A DNA stretch of 64,000 nucleotides, taken from positions 1,334,660 through 1,398,659 of the forward strand of contig WELB01000001.1 of the NCBI GenBank assembly GCA_009602725.1, given 5' to 3'. The DNA comes from Spirogloea muscicola (lineage: Eukaryota). Below are positions 12,336 to 24,500 of this stretch, piece after piece (the first letter of the stretch is position 1; the number at the start of each line of letters is the position of its first letter). Position numbers and translations under genes: made by a program. The notes under the pieces are model-generated. The model saw only the letters and a program-made list of their open reading frames with translations. It had not been told where the DNA came from and made no database searches.

Positions 12336-15300
12336 ATGAGCACGACGGCCGGGGGCCAGTGTCTGGAGAGCTACGGCTTCCTGCCATGCTCCAGCACCCT
12401 CAAGGGCAGCTGCACGCTCATGCTCTTCTACGGCTACCTGCTCTTCAAGGGCGCGCAGCTCATCGCCGATGGCTCCGAGCTACTGCTGGAGGTGATTTTC
12501 CGACGGCAATCACTTAGCGCCACCGGACCTCTATCGGATACTTCGCAGCGAGGGCGGTCTGAGTCAGCAGAATCGACTTCGTCTCCTTGGCTCCTTGCCC
12601 ATATAGCAGGAGCCAGGATATGGACGACCGAAGCTCGGGCCATGACGCAGTAGGTGCAGGTAGATCACACGGCAGGCATCTTGACGGGGCTTTTTTGGCG
12701 GCCTTGCTGGCAACAGAGTGTGCTAGCATAATAGATGTTGAATAGCTCTGAAGCAAGTGCCATTGCACTTGTGGTGCACAATCTGCTGCCCGGGGTCTCT
12801 ACGCTGCCTCTTTTTACAGCTCACTAAAGGCGAAGTAAGCTCGAGAGAAAAGCAGTTGTGTCAACTGCTGACCTCTATGGTTGTGTGCCATATGCAGCTG
12901 TCAATATCAAAGCAAGTGCTGGCTTTGAGGGCATCATAGCATATGATGTCCCTGACCTGTGCCTTTTGATGTCCCTGACCTGTACCTATGCATTGACTGC
13001 ATGTTGCAGATCCTTGATCCAGGCCTCATAGGAGGCCTTCTCCTACCTATTCTTGGTGCATTGCCGGACTGCTTCATCATTGCCATGTCAGGGCTTGGGT
13101 CCAGTCCTGAGGTTGCTCAGGTCAGCTTTTAAGCACAAAGTGCCACTCAAGCCTGTTGTCCTCTGCGCATACATCTGCCACTGCGACTCCAATATTGCTG
13201 CTAAGTAGCTACCATTTGAGTACTGAGTCCATGAATATCTCACACAAAAAAGCTGATGAGCAAGGTCTGCAAGTTGCTGCCACAGGCACCTGATCGCACC
13301 TATTACGCGCATCCTTGTGGGTAAGCTTGACTTATGCAGACGAAAGTCGCAGTAGGAATCGGTACGCTAGCAGGCTCCACAATCATGCTGCTTACGATAG
13401 CATGGGGCGGCTCGCTTCTCATTGGCCGCTGCGACCTAAGAGAGTTGGATGGCCGTTCGATTGATAAGCAGCTCACTCGAAGCTGTGATTTCGTCAATAC
13501 TGGGGTTACCACTGACGGGTACGACACAAGGAGAACACACTACTGAAATGCACATGACTGCATGTAAGCTTACAAAAGCTCCTGGCCGTGGCTCCTTGTT
13601 TCTGGCTGTTTCAACACAAGTGTGAATGTATGCAATATATTTCGAAGTATAGCCAGTACCTATGTGACAGGGAACAGGGGTCAGAATTGGTTGCACTGAA
13701 GGCTTACATTACCATCATGTGCAGGTTGACACCTCTCAATGCTTATATCATGCTCGCATCTGTGTCGCTCTACCTCATTGTCCAGGCTCCCTCGTTGGCA
13801 GGGCAGATGCACAATGAGTATACCGTGCTAGCTGCACTTGCTCTTGCAGCCGTTGGCCTTGTCGCATACTGCTGCTACCAGGTACATTGTACTCGCAGGC
13901 TTCTTGCTTGAACCTCATACCAGCTATTTTCAAGCAACAGCAAGTGGATTCAGCATGAAGGGTCTTCCCGCCATGTAGCTGTGGTCAATGAGAGCTTTGT
14001 CTTTGTTCTGCGATTACTCCTGAGGACCTTCAAGTGTGCAGGTAGTGGTGCCGGAAGCTTCAAAAGCGCCAATTACTGGCTGCTCGAGCCCGCTTTGTCA
14101 AGTCCCACAGTATCAAGACTGCCAACAATATGGCAGGTAGTCCCTTAGTTGCTCTAAAGTGGCTGATGCAAGCTCTCCCTGACAATCTCACTCTCCATCG
14201 TCATCGCCCTCACCTGCAAGTCACTCACATTGTCATCCTGCTTATTCTCAACGCCGCTCGCAGATTCCACGGCCAGCCTGGCAAGGCAGCTTCAGCAGCC
14301 CTGTGCAGCGGGCTGGCCTCCGCCAGCTTCGCCTTGCTTGATACAACTTCACGACTCACACTCTTCACACCGTGCTATTCTGCAGTCCAAACTGGGAGAA
14401 CACTCTTTGACGCGAATGGCAGTGTGGATGATGCAGCTCTGATGCACATATTCCACATGTTTGACACTGATCACAATGGGCACATTGAGAGAGATGAGCT
14501 GACGGCAAGCAATTGACCAATCTCTTCTAGTCTCAAGCCAACCTTCCTTTGAGCTTGGCCACCATTGTGATAATCCTCTGTGCTCTTTACTTGTGCGGAA
14601 CAGAACATCTTATAACCATCAATGCAGTTAGTTGGTCCTCCAGGATCACAAACACGAGTCTGGCAAATGGTGAGGCTGTTGCTTAATCTGACTGGAAGAC
14701 AGCTGCTTCTACTGTGGCAGGCGTTGGTGGCGGGGATGACCTTTGGAGCATCAGGCTTTGTTGCACGCAATATAGACGTCCAGCTTTATCTGCAGCAATT
14801 CGACGTAGATAATTCCAACAGCATCACAGCTGACGAATTTTTGTGGGGCATGAAGCAGTGGATAGAACAGGTCTGCTCATTATCCTCTCGAAGTGCGCTT
14901 CAAAGCAGTGTTGGACAGCAGCAGACTTAGGTGCAACATTATCCTCCTTCTGACTGACTTCCACCACCTAATCCTAAGCTCAACCTAAACATGTGTTCAT
15001 GCGCATGCAGCATGGTCATGCAACCTTGAATGGCAATTCCTCGGGGAAGATTGAGATCTATTGTGAGCCATCCACGGAGTGTCTGCTTGGGAAGCCACTT
15101 TTAGAGGCTGCGCTCGTCGAGAAGGAGGACGAGGAGGACGACAAGAAGCAACCACCGACTAAAATCCAGCTTGCTACTGAGGCCACTGTGTACCTTTGTT
15201 TTGGAAGCTTCTTCATTGGCTTGTTCTCAGGTCCCATGGTGAGTGGCAGTCCTCACTTCCAAGTATGTTGACTTCTCGTTTTAGATTGATGGACAGCTAG

Positions 15301-16078
15301 CATGGCTTCATTCTCTTACAGGCACATGCTGCATTGAGTTTGTTGCCTGCAGGTGGAGTCCATCTCAACATTAGCAGAACGCTCTGATGTTCCAGCTTTC
15401 TTCATCTCATTCATAGTCACCCCAATCGTGTCCAATGCTACTGAGCTTGTCTCATCTTTCGCTTTTGCAAGCAAGAGGAGGCAGCGCAACATATCCCTCA
15501 CATTTGCTCAGGTGACAATATACCATCTGTTCTGACTGAAGCGCCTAGCAACATATGTTCCAAGTGCAAGTTTCTTGTTCTTGCCATGTGCATACCTCAC
15601 ACTTGAGGCAGCTGCTCTTCCTGAATTGTTGTGTCGTATAAACACTTACCCTGCTTGGATGCATCTCCTACCTTTTCGCACAAATGGCAGGTCTACGGTG
15701 CTGTGACCATGAACAACACCCTTTGCTTGGCTGTCTTTTTACTTCTTGTCTACCTCAAAGATATAGCATGGGACTTCTCCGCTGAGGTGCGCAAGCTCAT
15801 GCCTGCTTTGCAATCTTATGGATGTTTGCTTGTCTAGTGGAGGTCAAGTGTAAGCTGATAACGAGGGGTCAATGGGAAACATGGTGAAGACTCTTCATGT
15901 TGTGTTGGGGGCCATGCTCCTGCAGGTCACTGTCATCTTTGTGACGGTCATGCTGGTGGGGAGCTTGGGAGCGAGCAGACTTACCTTCAAGGCGTGGCTG
16001 GCTTTTCCCGTTCTACTCCTCTATCCCTTCTCGCTTGCACTGGTGGCGTACCTTGACCAAGCGCTGGGTTGGCACTGA
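12336..16078 (+). CDS. NCL: Na+/Ca2+ exchanger-like protein NCL (EF-hand CAX), multi-exon
   Basis: CLESYGFLPCS...GAQLIADGSELLLE | ILDPGLIGGLLLPILGALPD | VAVGIGTLAGSTIMLLTIAWG. EF hands DTDHNGHIERDEL and DVDNSNSITADEF. PAFFISFIVTPIVSNATELVSS, YGAVTMNNTLCL, WDFSAEV; ends LDQALGWH*. Confidence 0.93.
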
Positions 16079-16574
16079 TTTCCTTGACGCCAACTCTCCA
16101 GACCTGCTCCTCAATAAGTGTGTATGCTGGCTGCCCTGCAACTTCAGTGGAGCAAGGGGCGGGGATGTGATGCCATTGGTGACGGCCTGGTGGCTATGTC
16201 GTGGTGTTGCCATTCTGATGAACGGCAAGCCTCCAGCGTCGTCGCTCTTGTAGTGCCCTGGAGCTTGAAGTCTCTGGCTGCTTGTGAAGTTGCCAGCATA
16301 GCTGGTGAGCTTGTGTACATAGCAAGGTCGGAGTGAGTCATGCCACTGCAATGACATGGCCAGCATCATGACATTGAGGGAGTTTCTCTGGCAGATACCA
16401 ATGCATGCACACAAGGGCCCCCGCCACGCCTACAAGCGCTGTCATAGTAAGCAGAGGGTAGAGAAGACACTGGGGAAAGCAGGCTGTGCTGCTTGGCGGC
16501 TCGCCGCCTGCAGCGTTGTGCAGGCCATGAGTGCAGTACGAGCCCTTGGCCTTGACTGCACACAGCCATCGCCC

Positions 16575-16722
16575 TGTGCTGACTCGTGGTTACTAAGCGG
16601 GTAAGCTTAGTAGCAGGTGATGTACATCTGTCAACGTGCTTCCTTATGTACTTGGCCATTCAGGCCCTCCATTACTTACTACGCACTCCACTCAATACAC
16701 TCAATACACACTCTACTGGAAG
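16575..16722 (+). mobile_element. CRE subfamily C 3'-end fragment
   Basis: GACTCGTGGTTACTAAGCGGGTAAGCTTAGTAGCAGGTG...TACTTGGCCATTCAGGCCCTCC is the reverse complement of copies at ~8400-8520, 31460-31570 and 60815-60930. Confidence 0.85.
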
Positions 16723-17116
16723 AGTCGTCCTCCTGCTGGGCCCCTCTCTTCCCCCCTCTCTCCTTCCTCTCTGTGTGCGGACTGCACTCCCAGCTCCTCC
16801 TTGGAAAGCTGTGCTTATTGCAGTACTCAGGGTGTAGATATCAGGGCAGCGGCGGCGGCGGCGGTGGCGGCGGCGGCGCTGGGCGAGGGGGAGCCTGGAG
16901 GAAGGGGACCTCCAGCGGACGCTGACAGAGCTGCCTTCGCGGGCACGCCGACAAGCGCTGCCTGGCAGCAGCGGCTGCCGCCTGCCTTCAGTGGCGAACC
17001 TTCAGCGGCCCTCACGGCAGCATGGCCTTTGCCGCGTACAGTGGCCGTATAGTGGCCATATAGTGGCCGCCGCTGATGCCGCCGGTGCCACCCAGCGAAG
17101 GCTGCAGTGGCTGGCG

Positions 17117-20100
17117 ATGCCGGTGGTGGCACGGGGCGTGAAGCCGCAGCGCCCAAAGCGGCGCAGGCTCGGTGGCGGCGGCGACAGCGCCCGCCGGCGC
17201 TGTGGGCTGCAGGCTGCCGGAGCCGCCGCCACCCATGACGCGGCGGACGAAGAGGCCCCGCGGGGCTTGCCGCCAGCTAACGGCGAGAAGGCGGCCTCCT
17301 GTGCAGCCGACGGCGACGAGGGCAGCTTCGCGGCCGCCGCTCCGCCGGTAGAGCCGCGGGAGTGCCCACCAGGGAGCGCGCCGACTGCCGAGGAGGACGA
17401 CGGCGACGCTGACGGCGGAGTCGATCAGGAGGAGCCAGACGCCGACGGATCACGGCGGGCTGGCGAGGGGCCGCGCCGGCCGAGAGCCGCTCTCCGGCTG
17501 GGCTCCTGCATCGACTGCGCCGACCATGCTGCGGGCTGCCCAGACGACAACGACCACCGGAAGGATGCAGTCAGCGAGGGCAAGGCGGAGCCGCCGCCAT
17601 CCGCGCAGTCTCCAGCAGAGGCTCTTGGTGTCAGTGCGGTGCACAGTCTGGCCACCGGCGACATGGCCAACGGGTTCGGCGCTAGGCCCACAAGAGCACT
17701 GGTAGAGAGTAGCGCCTGCGCAGCCTGCGGTAATGAGCTGTGGCGACCCGGCTGGCCACTGCATCCCTGGATGGGCGCGCTCGGTGCCCACTGGGCGCCA
17801 GGCAGCGCTGCCGGTGTACCCAGTGCCAAGGACCAGCCTGCTGCTGCGCACCCCGGGTGCGCCGGCGACGGCGCAGTGGGCGGGGTGCAGAGTGCGACGT
17901 GCCGGGTGTGCGGCGAGGTCGAGGCCGCCGGCCGCACGCTCATCTGCGACACCTGCGGCTGCTCCTTCCACTTGCACTGCTTGCAGCCAAAGCTTCAGCG
18001 CCCACCCGTGCTCGACGAGTGGTTCTGCGGCGCTTGCAGCATTGTGAGCTTCATCGAATCTCTGTCCAACATGCTGTCTTTGAGGTTCGCCTGCTGGTCT
18101 TTTTGCTGCAGTCTGCTGCAAGCATTGCTCCAAATGGATGTTGGGACTACTGCCACTGTCAGCCCTTATATCTGGCAACCTGCACCTGCACCTGCCGCAT
18201 CTGCAGGAGAAGGGGCAGTCGGGCAGCGCGCTCATGGTTGACGACATGATGGGTTGGGACGCCGCTGCCGTTGCTGGTGGCGTTGCTGCCGCAACCGCGG
18301 ATCTTTTTGCAGCCGCCAATGCCAGCGCCAATATTGCTGCGCCAGGGAGGGAAGACTGGGGCAGCGGCGGCAGGGAAGGCGAGTGCCTAGACTGTGAGAG
18401 TGGCCCGCAGCGCTACCTGTTCCTCGGTGGCTCGTGCGGCCGCGTCCGCATCGGGCGCATGTGCCAGGCGTCCGTCCCTGCTTGGACGGAGCAGCAGGCC
18501 ATGGTCATGGCCGCTGCTGGCAATGAGGGTTCAGGGTGAGGGCCACCCCTTGCAGTATCGCGTGCTAGCCTTCCTCAAGTCATCGATGCTCTGGCCTTTC
18601 GTGAGTCTAATATACTCTGCAATTCATCAAGCTTTGGACCGGTGGCAGCTGAAAGCAGCAGGTAAGGCGCGTACTTCATGCCGCCACGGGTCAGCCAAGG
18701 TGTTTCTCATTAGTGCTGAAGCTAGAGTTGATGGGACCAGCCGCTAGCATAGGTGACAGGTCTTGTTGTCGGTCCACTGCAGGTTTCCAATCTTGGCTGA
18801 CGCTCTTTGAGTCCTTGCGAGCCTTGGCAGGGCGCCGGCTTTGGGCCAGGAGGCAGAGGTCAGCGTGCAAGAGAAGAAGCGTGAGCTGCGCGAAGCGGTG
18901 GAGCGAAATGTGCGTCATATTGCCAGGAACTAGGCCAGGCCCAGCCGACTGTCCACTGGCTTGGAGGACATAAGGGGAATCTATTAGCACAAGGCCGATT
19001 GCACTCTGATGAGTGCACTTCCTTATCAGCGTGACTGTTAAAAGCGCCGCAACTTGCCTGGCCTGCAGAGAAGATGGCTGGCAGAGGAGCGGAGGCGGTT
19101 GGAGCGGCTGAAGGTGGAGCCCCTTGCTGGGAAGGGCGAGAAGTGGGTGCAGTGCCGGTGTGTCCTCGTGAAGGAGGGCCAGCCCAAGTCCGATGGCCGC
19201 CCGGCCAAGCGCTCCATTCTCTGTGCCAAGTGGCGGAGGTTGGCGCAGTCCACCATGCCTTCTCGGTCGGCTATTCAGCAGAGCCTTTGCAGATCAGATG
19301 CCAGCCTTGTCCGACATCTGCAGTTGCCGGGCAACCTATGCATGCTCAACCTGCCAGGTTTTTTGCTTGCGGTTTGCTTATCTACGGCTCTTCTTGTGGC
19401 TTGAGCACCAGGGTGCCAGCCACAGTGCAAGTCAGCGACAAGTGGGAGTGCTTTGACAACCTGTTTGACGATCCATGGAGGGCGGATTGCAATGTTCCCC
19501 AGGTGAGATGTGGGCCACACAAGACCATGGGTAATGTCCAGTGCAATGGCCTGAAGTCTTGAGGAGCCCTCGGATAACTTGTACTTATGATTGGACAGCC
19601 AGCAGTCTCCTGTCGAGCTATGCCAATGCTGACCTGGGCACAATGCTCAGGAGCTGGGCAGCAAGGAGTTGGAAGTCATTCTGAGGGCGCAGGAGGAGAC
19701 TCGGCAAGCTAAGACGCAGGTCATTTGCTGCATTTGTCACACTGCATCACCTGTGGGCTCGGTATCATTAGCTCACCGCTCATCTGGCGTACATCTGCAC
19801 CAGTCTCTGCCGATATAGTGCTCACAAGCACTAGTGCAATGCTCCCCTCAGCTGATACAGCAGAGTGAGAGGTCATCATAAGGAGAAGGGCTCTCTGTTG
19901 GAGCACGCTCTTGTTACAGTCCGTGGCTTCCATCAACATGGGCAAGATCCTCTCACTTTGTCCGCAAATGCAGGAAAGAGGCTGGGAACAGAAGTTCCAG
20001 GAGCTGGAGGCCTTTCTGAGGATAGAAGGTCACTGTCATGTCCCACGGCGGACTTTCCTCGGCCAGTGGTTACACTCGCAGCGCATAGATGCCAAGCGGG

Positions 20101-20676
20101 GCCGCCTGACGCCGCAGCAGAAGGTGTGCGTGTGAAAAGGGCAGAAGAAAGCAGCAATGGCCAACTCGAACACGCACTTCTCACAATGTCCATACGACAT
20201 TAAGATGTAAAAGTAGAAATATTTGGAAGCCAGGGCCAACATTCTACAAGGCAAGGACTAGCAGGCCGCCTGGTTGCAAGCTCCCAGCCTTCATAAGCTT
20301 AGCCAACCTTTTCTTCAGTCAGTCTTGCTGTATGTTGAGATTCTATTTGGTACCTTTGCAGGCAAAGCTGGAAGGAGTGGGCACTGTGATGGACATCCAG
20401 GATGCGCTGTAGGAGGAGGAGTTCCAGGCGCTCCGGGCATTCCAAGTCAAGCATGGGCACTCTGACGTGGCCCGCCAGCTGGCGGCCCAGGAGAGCCCGC
20501 GCTCGCGCGAGGACGCCCAGCTGGCGCAGTGGGTGCGCGCACAGTGGCTGGGTGCACGGCAGCCCTTCAAGGGGAAGCAGCAGCTGCAGCGTATCTGCCG
20601 CCTGCTTGAAGCGGATTTTGACTTCACTATGCTTCCGCAGTCTTCGTCCCCGCCTTGTGCGCACCTGCAGCAGTAG
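17117..20676 (+). CDS. Putative chromatin reader: PHD finger + ELM2-like + zf-CW + two helicase-associated (HA) domains; in-frame TAG in the second HA; start uncertain
   Basis: PHD: CRVCGEVEAAGRTLICDTCGCSFHLHCLQPKLQRPPVLDEWFCGAC. ELM2-like: RVRIGRMCQASVPAW. CW: KWVQCRC...CAKWRR...DKWECFDNLFDDPWRADCNVPQE. HA: WEQKFQELEAFLRIEGHCHVPRRTFLGQWLHSQR and *EEEFQALRAFQVKHGHSDV...LAQWVRAQ. Confidence 0.75.
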
Positions 20677-21540
20677 GATCTGCCGGCTCACACATGCTTG
20701 ATTTCTAGCGATTTTCTGCCATTCATGTGTGCTTGATTGGCTTCACTTGGCTCCATATGATCAATTGCGTTTAGCAGGACACGGTTGCTTTATCCGTGTC
20801 CCTCTTTGCCAGGATTTCATGTGCTACATCCTTGTAGTTTCATGTATCTACCCAGTGAGGTGGTCAAGGAGCGGTAGTTGCAGGATACATTTCAGCATAT
20901 ACTCTTCCCTTAATTGCTGTGGCTCGTTGCTGCAGAATGATCTAGTTGTAAGATCTGCACGAGGAATTTGTCAAGGGATTTCGTGCAGGCAGCCGCCTTG
21001 GAGCCTCTTTCCAGCATCCACCAACCTTGGGGGAAAATGGCAACAATCTAAGTTGGTCATCTAAAACCAACCAAGTCCAACTTCTTTGGTCTTGGAGGTG
21101 CATTTACTTGAAGCATTTGTGTCCAGATTTGAAGGGGCATGTGTGCTCCTGACAGATGTCTTTGAATAAAGGAAGTCGCCCACTATCGCACTAAGACGCT
21201 GTCAATGTAGGTTAATGACGATGATAAGTGGATAAGAATGGCATGGCCAGCATGATGACCTAGGCGAGCCGCTGAGAGTCCGTCCTTTCAAGCGGCACAC
21301 AGCAATGTCTAGAGTCATTAAGAGGCAGAGCTTGCCCCACTGAAGAAAGACGTGGCTCCCATAAGGACGCAGTGCCCCACTGGCCGAAAGTTGGGCAATT
21401 GAGGCAGTCAGGTGTAAGCTGCAGGATACCATACAGAGGTTGATCCTGGCTGTGCTCGGCTTTTGTTACCTCTCACGCCATCTCTCCATCAGTGGATATC
21501 TTCTTTGCTTTCTTGCTTCTGCCATACCAAGTCTGCTGTG

Positions 21541-24500
21541 TTACCTTTGCTGGAAAGTGCTCCTACCATTTGGGCTGGCTGTAGGTCGGCTCCAGAACCA
21601 CTTCTTGCCACCGGATGTATCCAAACGAGAGGCTCCAGAGAGTGGATACGGGGCTTGGCGGGTGGAGGCAAGCACCTGCTTGTCCAGAGTGAGCCTGTCA
21701 CCTGCCACTGCACTTTCCAGCAGTGAAGAATAATGACGGCACATGGCGGTCATGAAGCTCCTCTCCAGTATGTCAGCCTGCCATAAGTGAAAGACACGCA
21801 GGATGAGAGGGGTGTTTATCCCAACCAACTGAGTAAGTCCATCAAGCTGAAACTGCCCATAGATGTTGCATCAGCTTGGTCAACAGCCTTGCAGCAGCAT
21901 CCAATTTACAAGGTAGGCCATCAGTCAACGTTAGTCAAGCAATCTACACTGAAGCAGACGGCACTCAGCACGGGTGAATGGATATGTGCTGCAAGCATGC
22001 ATAGTGGCCAAGAGCATGTACTAGAACCCACGGGACGGCCATAAGGCTACCAGAAGCTAGCAGATGGGGCTTTCACCTGGTAAACCATTCGTCCAACAAC
22101 TGAGCCGTCCTGCTCGGGCCGCATAAGCAAGGAGACCGCAGACAAGGACGTCTCTCCCTCCCTCAACCACGAGACATCCATGTCATATTCTCCCTTGAGT
22201 TCATCATTAAAGTGTAGCCTCCAAGGAGCAGCATCCCTGCAAGCACAGAACATCAAGTAAGAATCCCAACAATGAAAGTGCTCGCCCATTGAGAACAAAG
22301 TCGCCCTCCGCTTCACAGGTGCAAAGAGCAGCCTGCCGAGACTCAAGAAGATTCGGCGGATGTTGACAGACGGTTTGATAAGATATACTTCAGCGAACAG
22401 TGAAGCCGGGTCAATGATTAGTCAGGACTGCTTGCAACGCATCTGCTTACAGATTCCGAACAATTTGTGAAGATGTGAAGTGCGACATTCTATGTCAAGC
22501 CAGATGAATGAAGTACACGTACGTGCCAGGCTGGAGGAAGTTGAAGTAGGCCGAGATAATAGCATCGCGTGAGAGGTCAGGCTTGGACAAGTGCGTGGCA
22601 ATGAGGCGGAAGGTCGTGCGCTGGTGCTCGATGGCAGCCAACATGCCCTCCTTCACCTGAGCCAACATGTCCAGATAATCCAGCCCAGGTGCTGCTGCTC
22701 GAGCAGTGGTGTCCATCTGTGCCACCTCCGTCAGTACTGGGCGCACGTCTGCAAGGTGCCCGACAACGCCCTGCAGTGGCGCAATCGGCCGCCGGCTGAC
22801 CAGTGTCCCGACCAAGATGCGGCTCTGGCGCGACCAGAGGTGCAAGGTGGAGTTGAAGAGGGCCAGGAGCGCCATGTTGAGCGTCGCGCCTTGCTGCCGG
22901 GCCAGCCCCTCGAGCTGCCACCGTGAGGATGGCGGGATCACGAACTTGAGCCACGCACCCCTCCAAGGCAGCGCCACTGAACGGTTCTGCCGGGGGCTCA
23001 GCCGCAGGGTCTCGGGAACTCTCCCGATGGTTGCTCGCCAAAATTTGAGCTCAGCATCCCGGCGGCTACCCGCCAAGTCCGCTACCTCCCAAGCGACATA
23101 GTCGTTGTAAGCCGGCACAGGCGGTAGGCCCTCCAGGGAGCCCGTCCGGTACAGGTAGGGCAGCTCCCTGTACATGATGGCAGCTGAGATGCCATCGCAG
23201 ATGAGGTGAGAGGCTGTGATGACCAGCACGTGCTGCTGCTCGCCATCGTCGTTGCTAAGCCCGCAGATCAGCGTGGCACGGAACAGCAGCCCCCGCCGGG
23301 CATTCATGTCAAACGGCTTGAGGGCCGCATCGATGGCGGTGCTCAACGCCGCCACCTTGTCGCCCGCCGATGCATGCAGCGAGAGGTCCGTCTGGTGCAG
23401 CCGGAAGGGGGCGTCCAGCTGGTCCACCTGGGACACGCAGTCAAACACGGAATCCAGGTGGCGCAAGAATAGGGGGCCGGCAGCGCCCGCCAACGCCGCC
23501 GCCAGGCTTCCACAGCAAGACGGAGCGGGCCCAGCTGTCGAAGCCTCGACTGCAGACTCGACCGGGGATGCACCATTGTTGCCCCATGTCTTGAGGGCCA
23601 TGCGCAGCACACGAGCCTTCAAGCCCTTGGACTCGACGGCAAAGCGCAGGCGCAGGGCCTGGTGGCGCTTCAGGAGTAGCTGGAACGCGTGCTCCAGCCG
23701 GGTCACGTCGACCCTGCCCCGCAGCCGCCACACGTCTGACGAGTCCAGCAGCTCTGGCCTCGGGACCACGCGCTTGACCAGGTAGATCATGAGCTGCGCC
23801 TCCGAGAGCCGCGCCCGCCGCGGGGGGCTGTCTCCCGGCGGCCTGGCCACCAGCTGGCGACCACCATGAAGAAAGCTCTTGCAGGTGTTATGGCCCTTGA
23901 GGTCTTTGTCCTCCACCTTGGCAGCCTCCTCCTTCGCACCTTTTGCGTCTGGTTCTGCGGCCGCTGCTGCATCTGTCGCAACCCGCCTTTGCCTAAGGGC
24001 GTCCGCAAGCCCAGACACCGTGGGGTTCTCAAAGAACTCGCGGATAGTCAGGACTGGGGCTGAGGACCGTTCGGCAGCGGCAGCCCCACCCTGCAAAGCG
24101 GACTCCTGGTCAACCAGAGCCTGTGGGAGCCGCGCGATGGCCTGCGACGCTGTGAAGGAGTTGCCGCCCAGGTCGAAGAAGTTGGAAGCTGGCCCCAGCA
24201 CGTCAGCGACGCCTCCGCCACTTGGCAGCACAGCCGCAAAGACTGCGGCGACGGCACGCTCCTCTGGCTGCTGCAGCAGCTGCTGAGCTGCCCAGGCATT
24301 GCCGTCGTCGCCACCGGCTCCACCTTCGGCGGCTCCTCTGTTGCCTCCAGCTACCTCAAAGTGGAAACTCTCTGGCGGGGGTTCTGGCAGGAACTTGCGG
24401 TCCACTTTGCCAGAAGCTGTGTAAGGGAGCTCGTCCAGGATGACAAAGGCTGCCGGCATCATGTACGACGGCAGCCGTTGCCGGATGGCGTCACGCACGG

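Noticed and set aside
11410..12653. Long ORFs spanning N runs (also 27973-28968, 53127-54863, 62670-63831)
   Set aside because: They stay open only because of gaps and high GC, and contain no recognisable domains.
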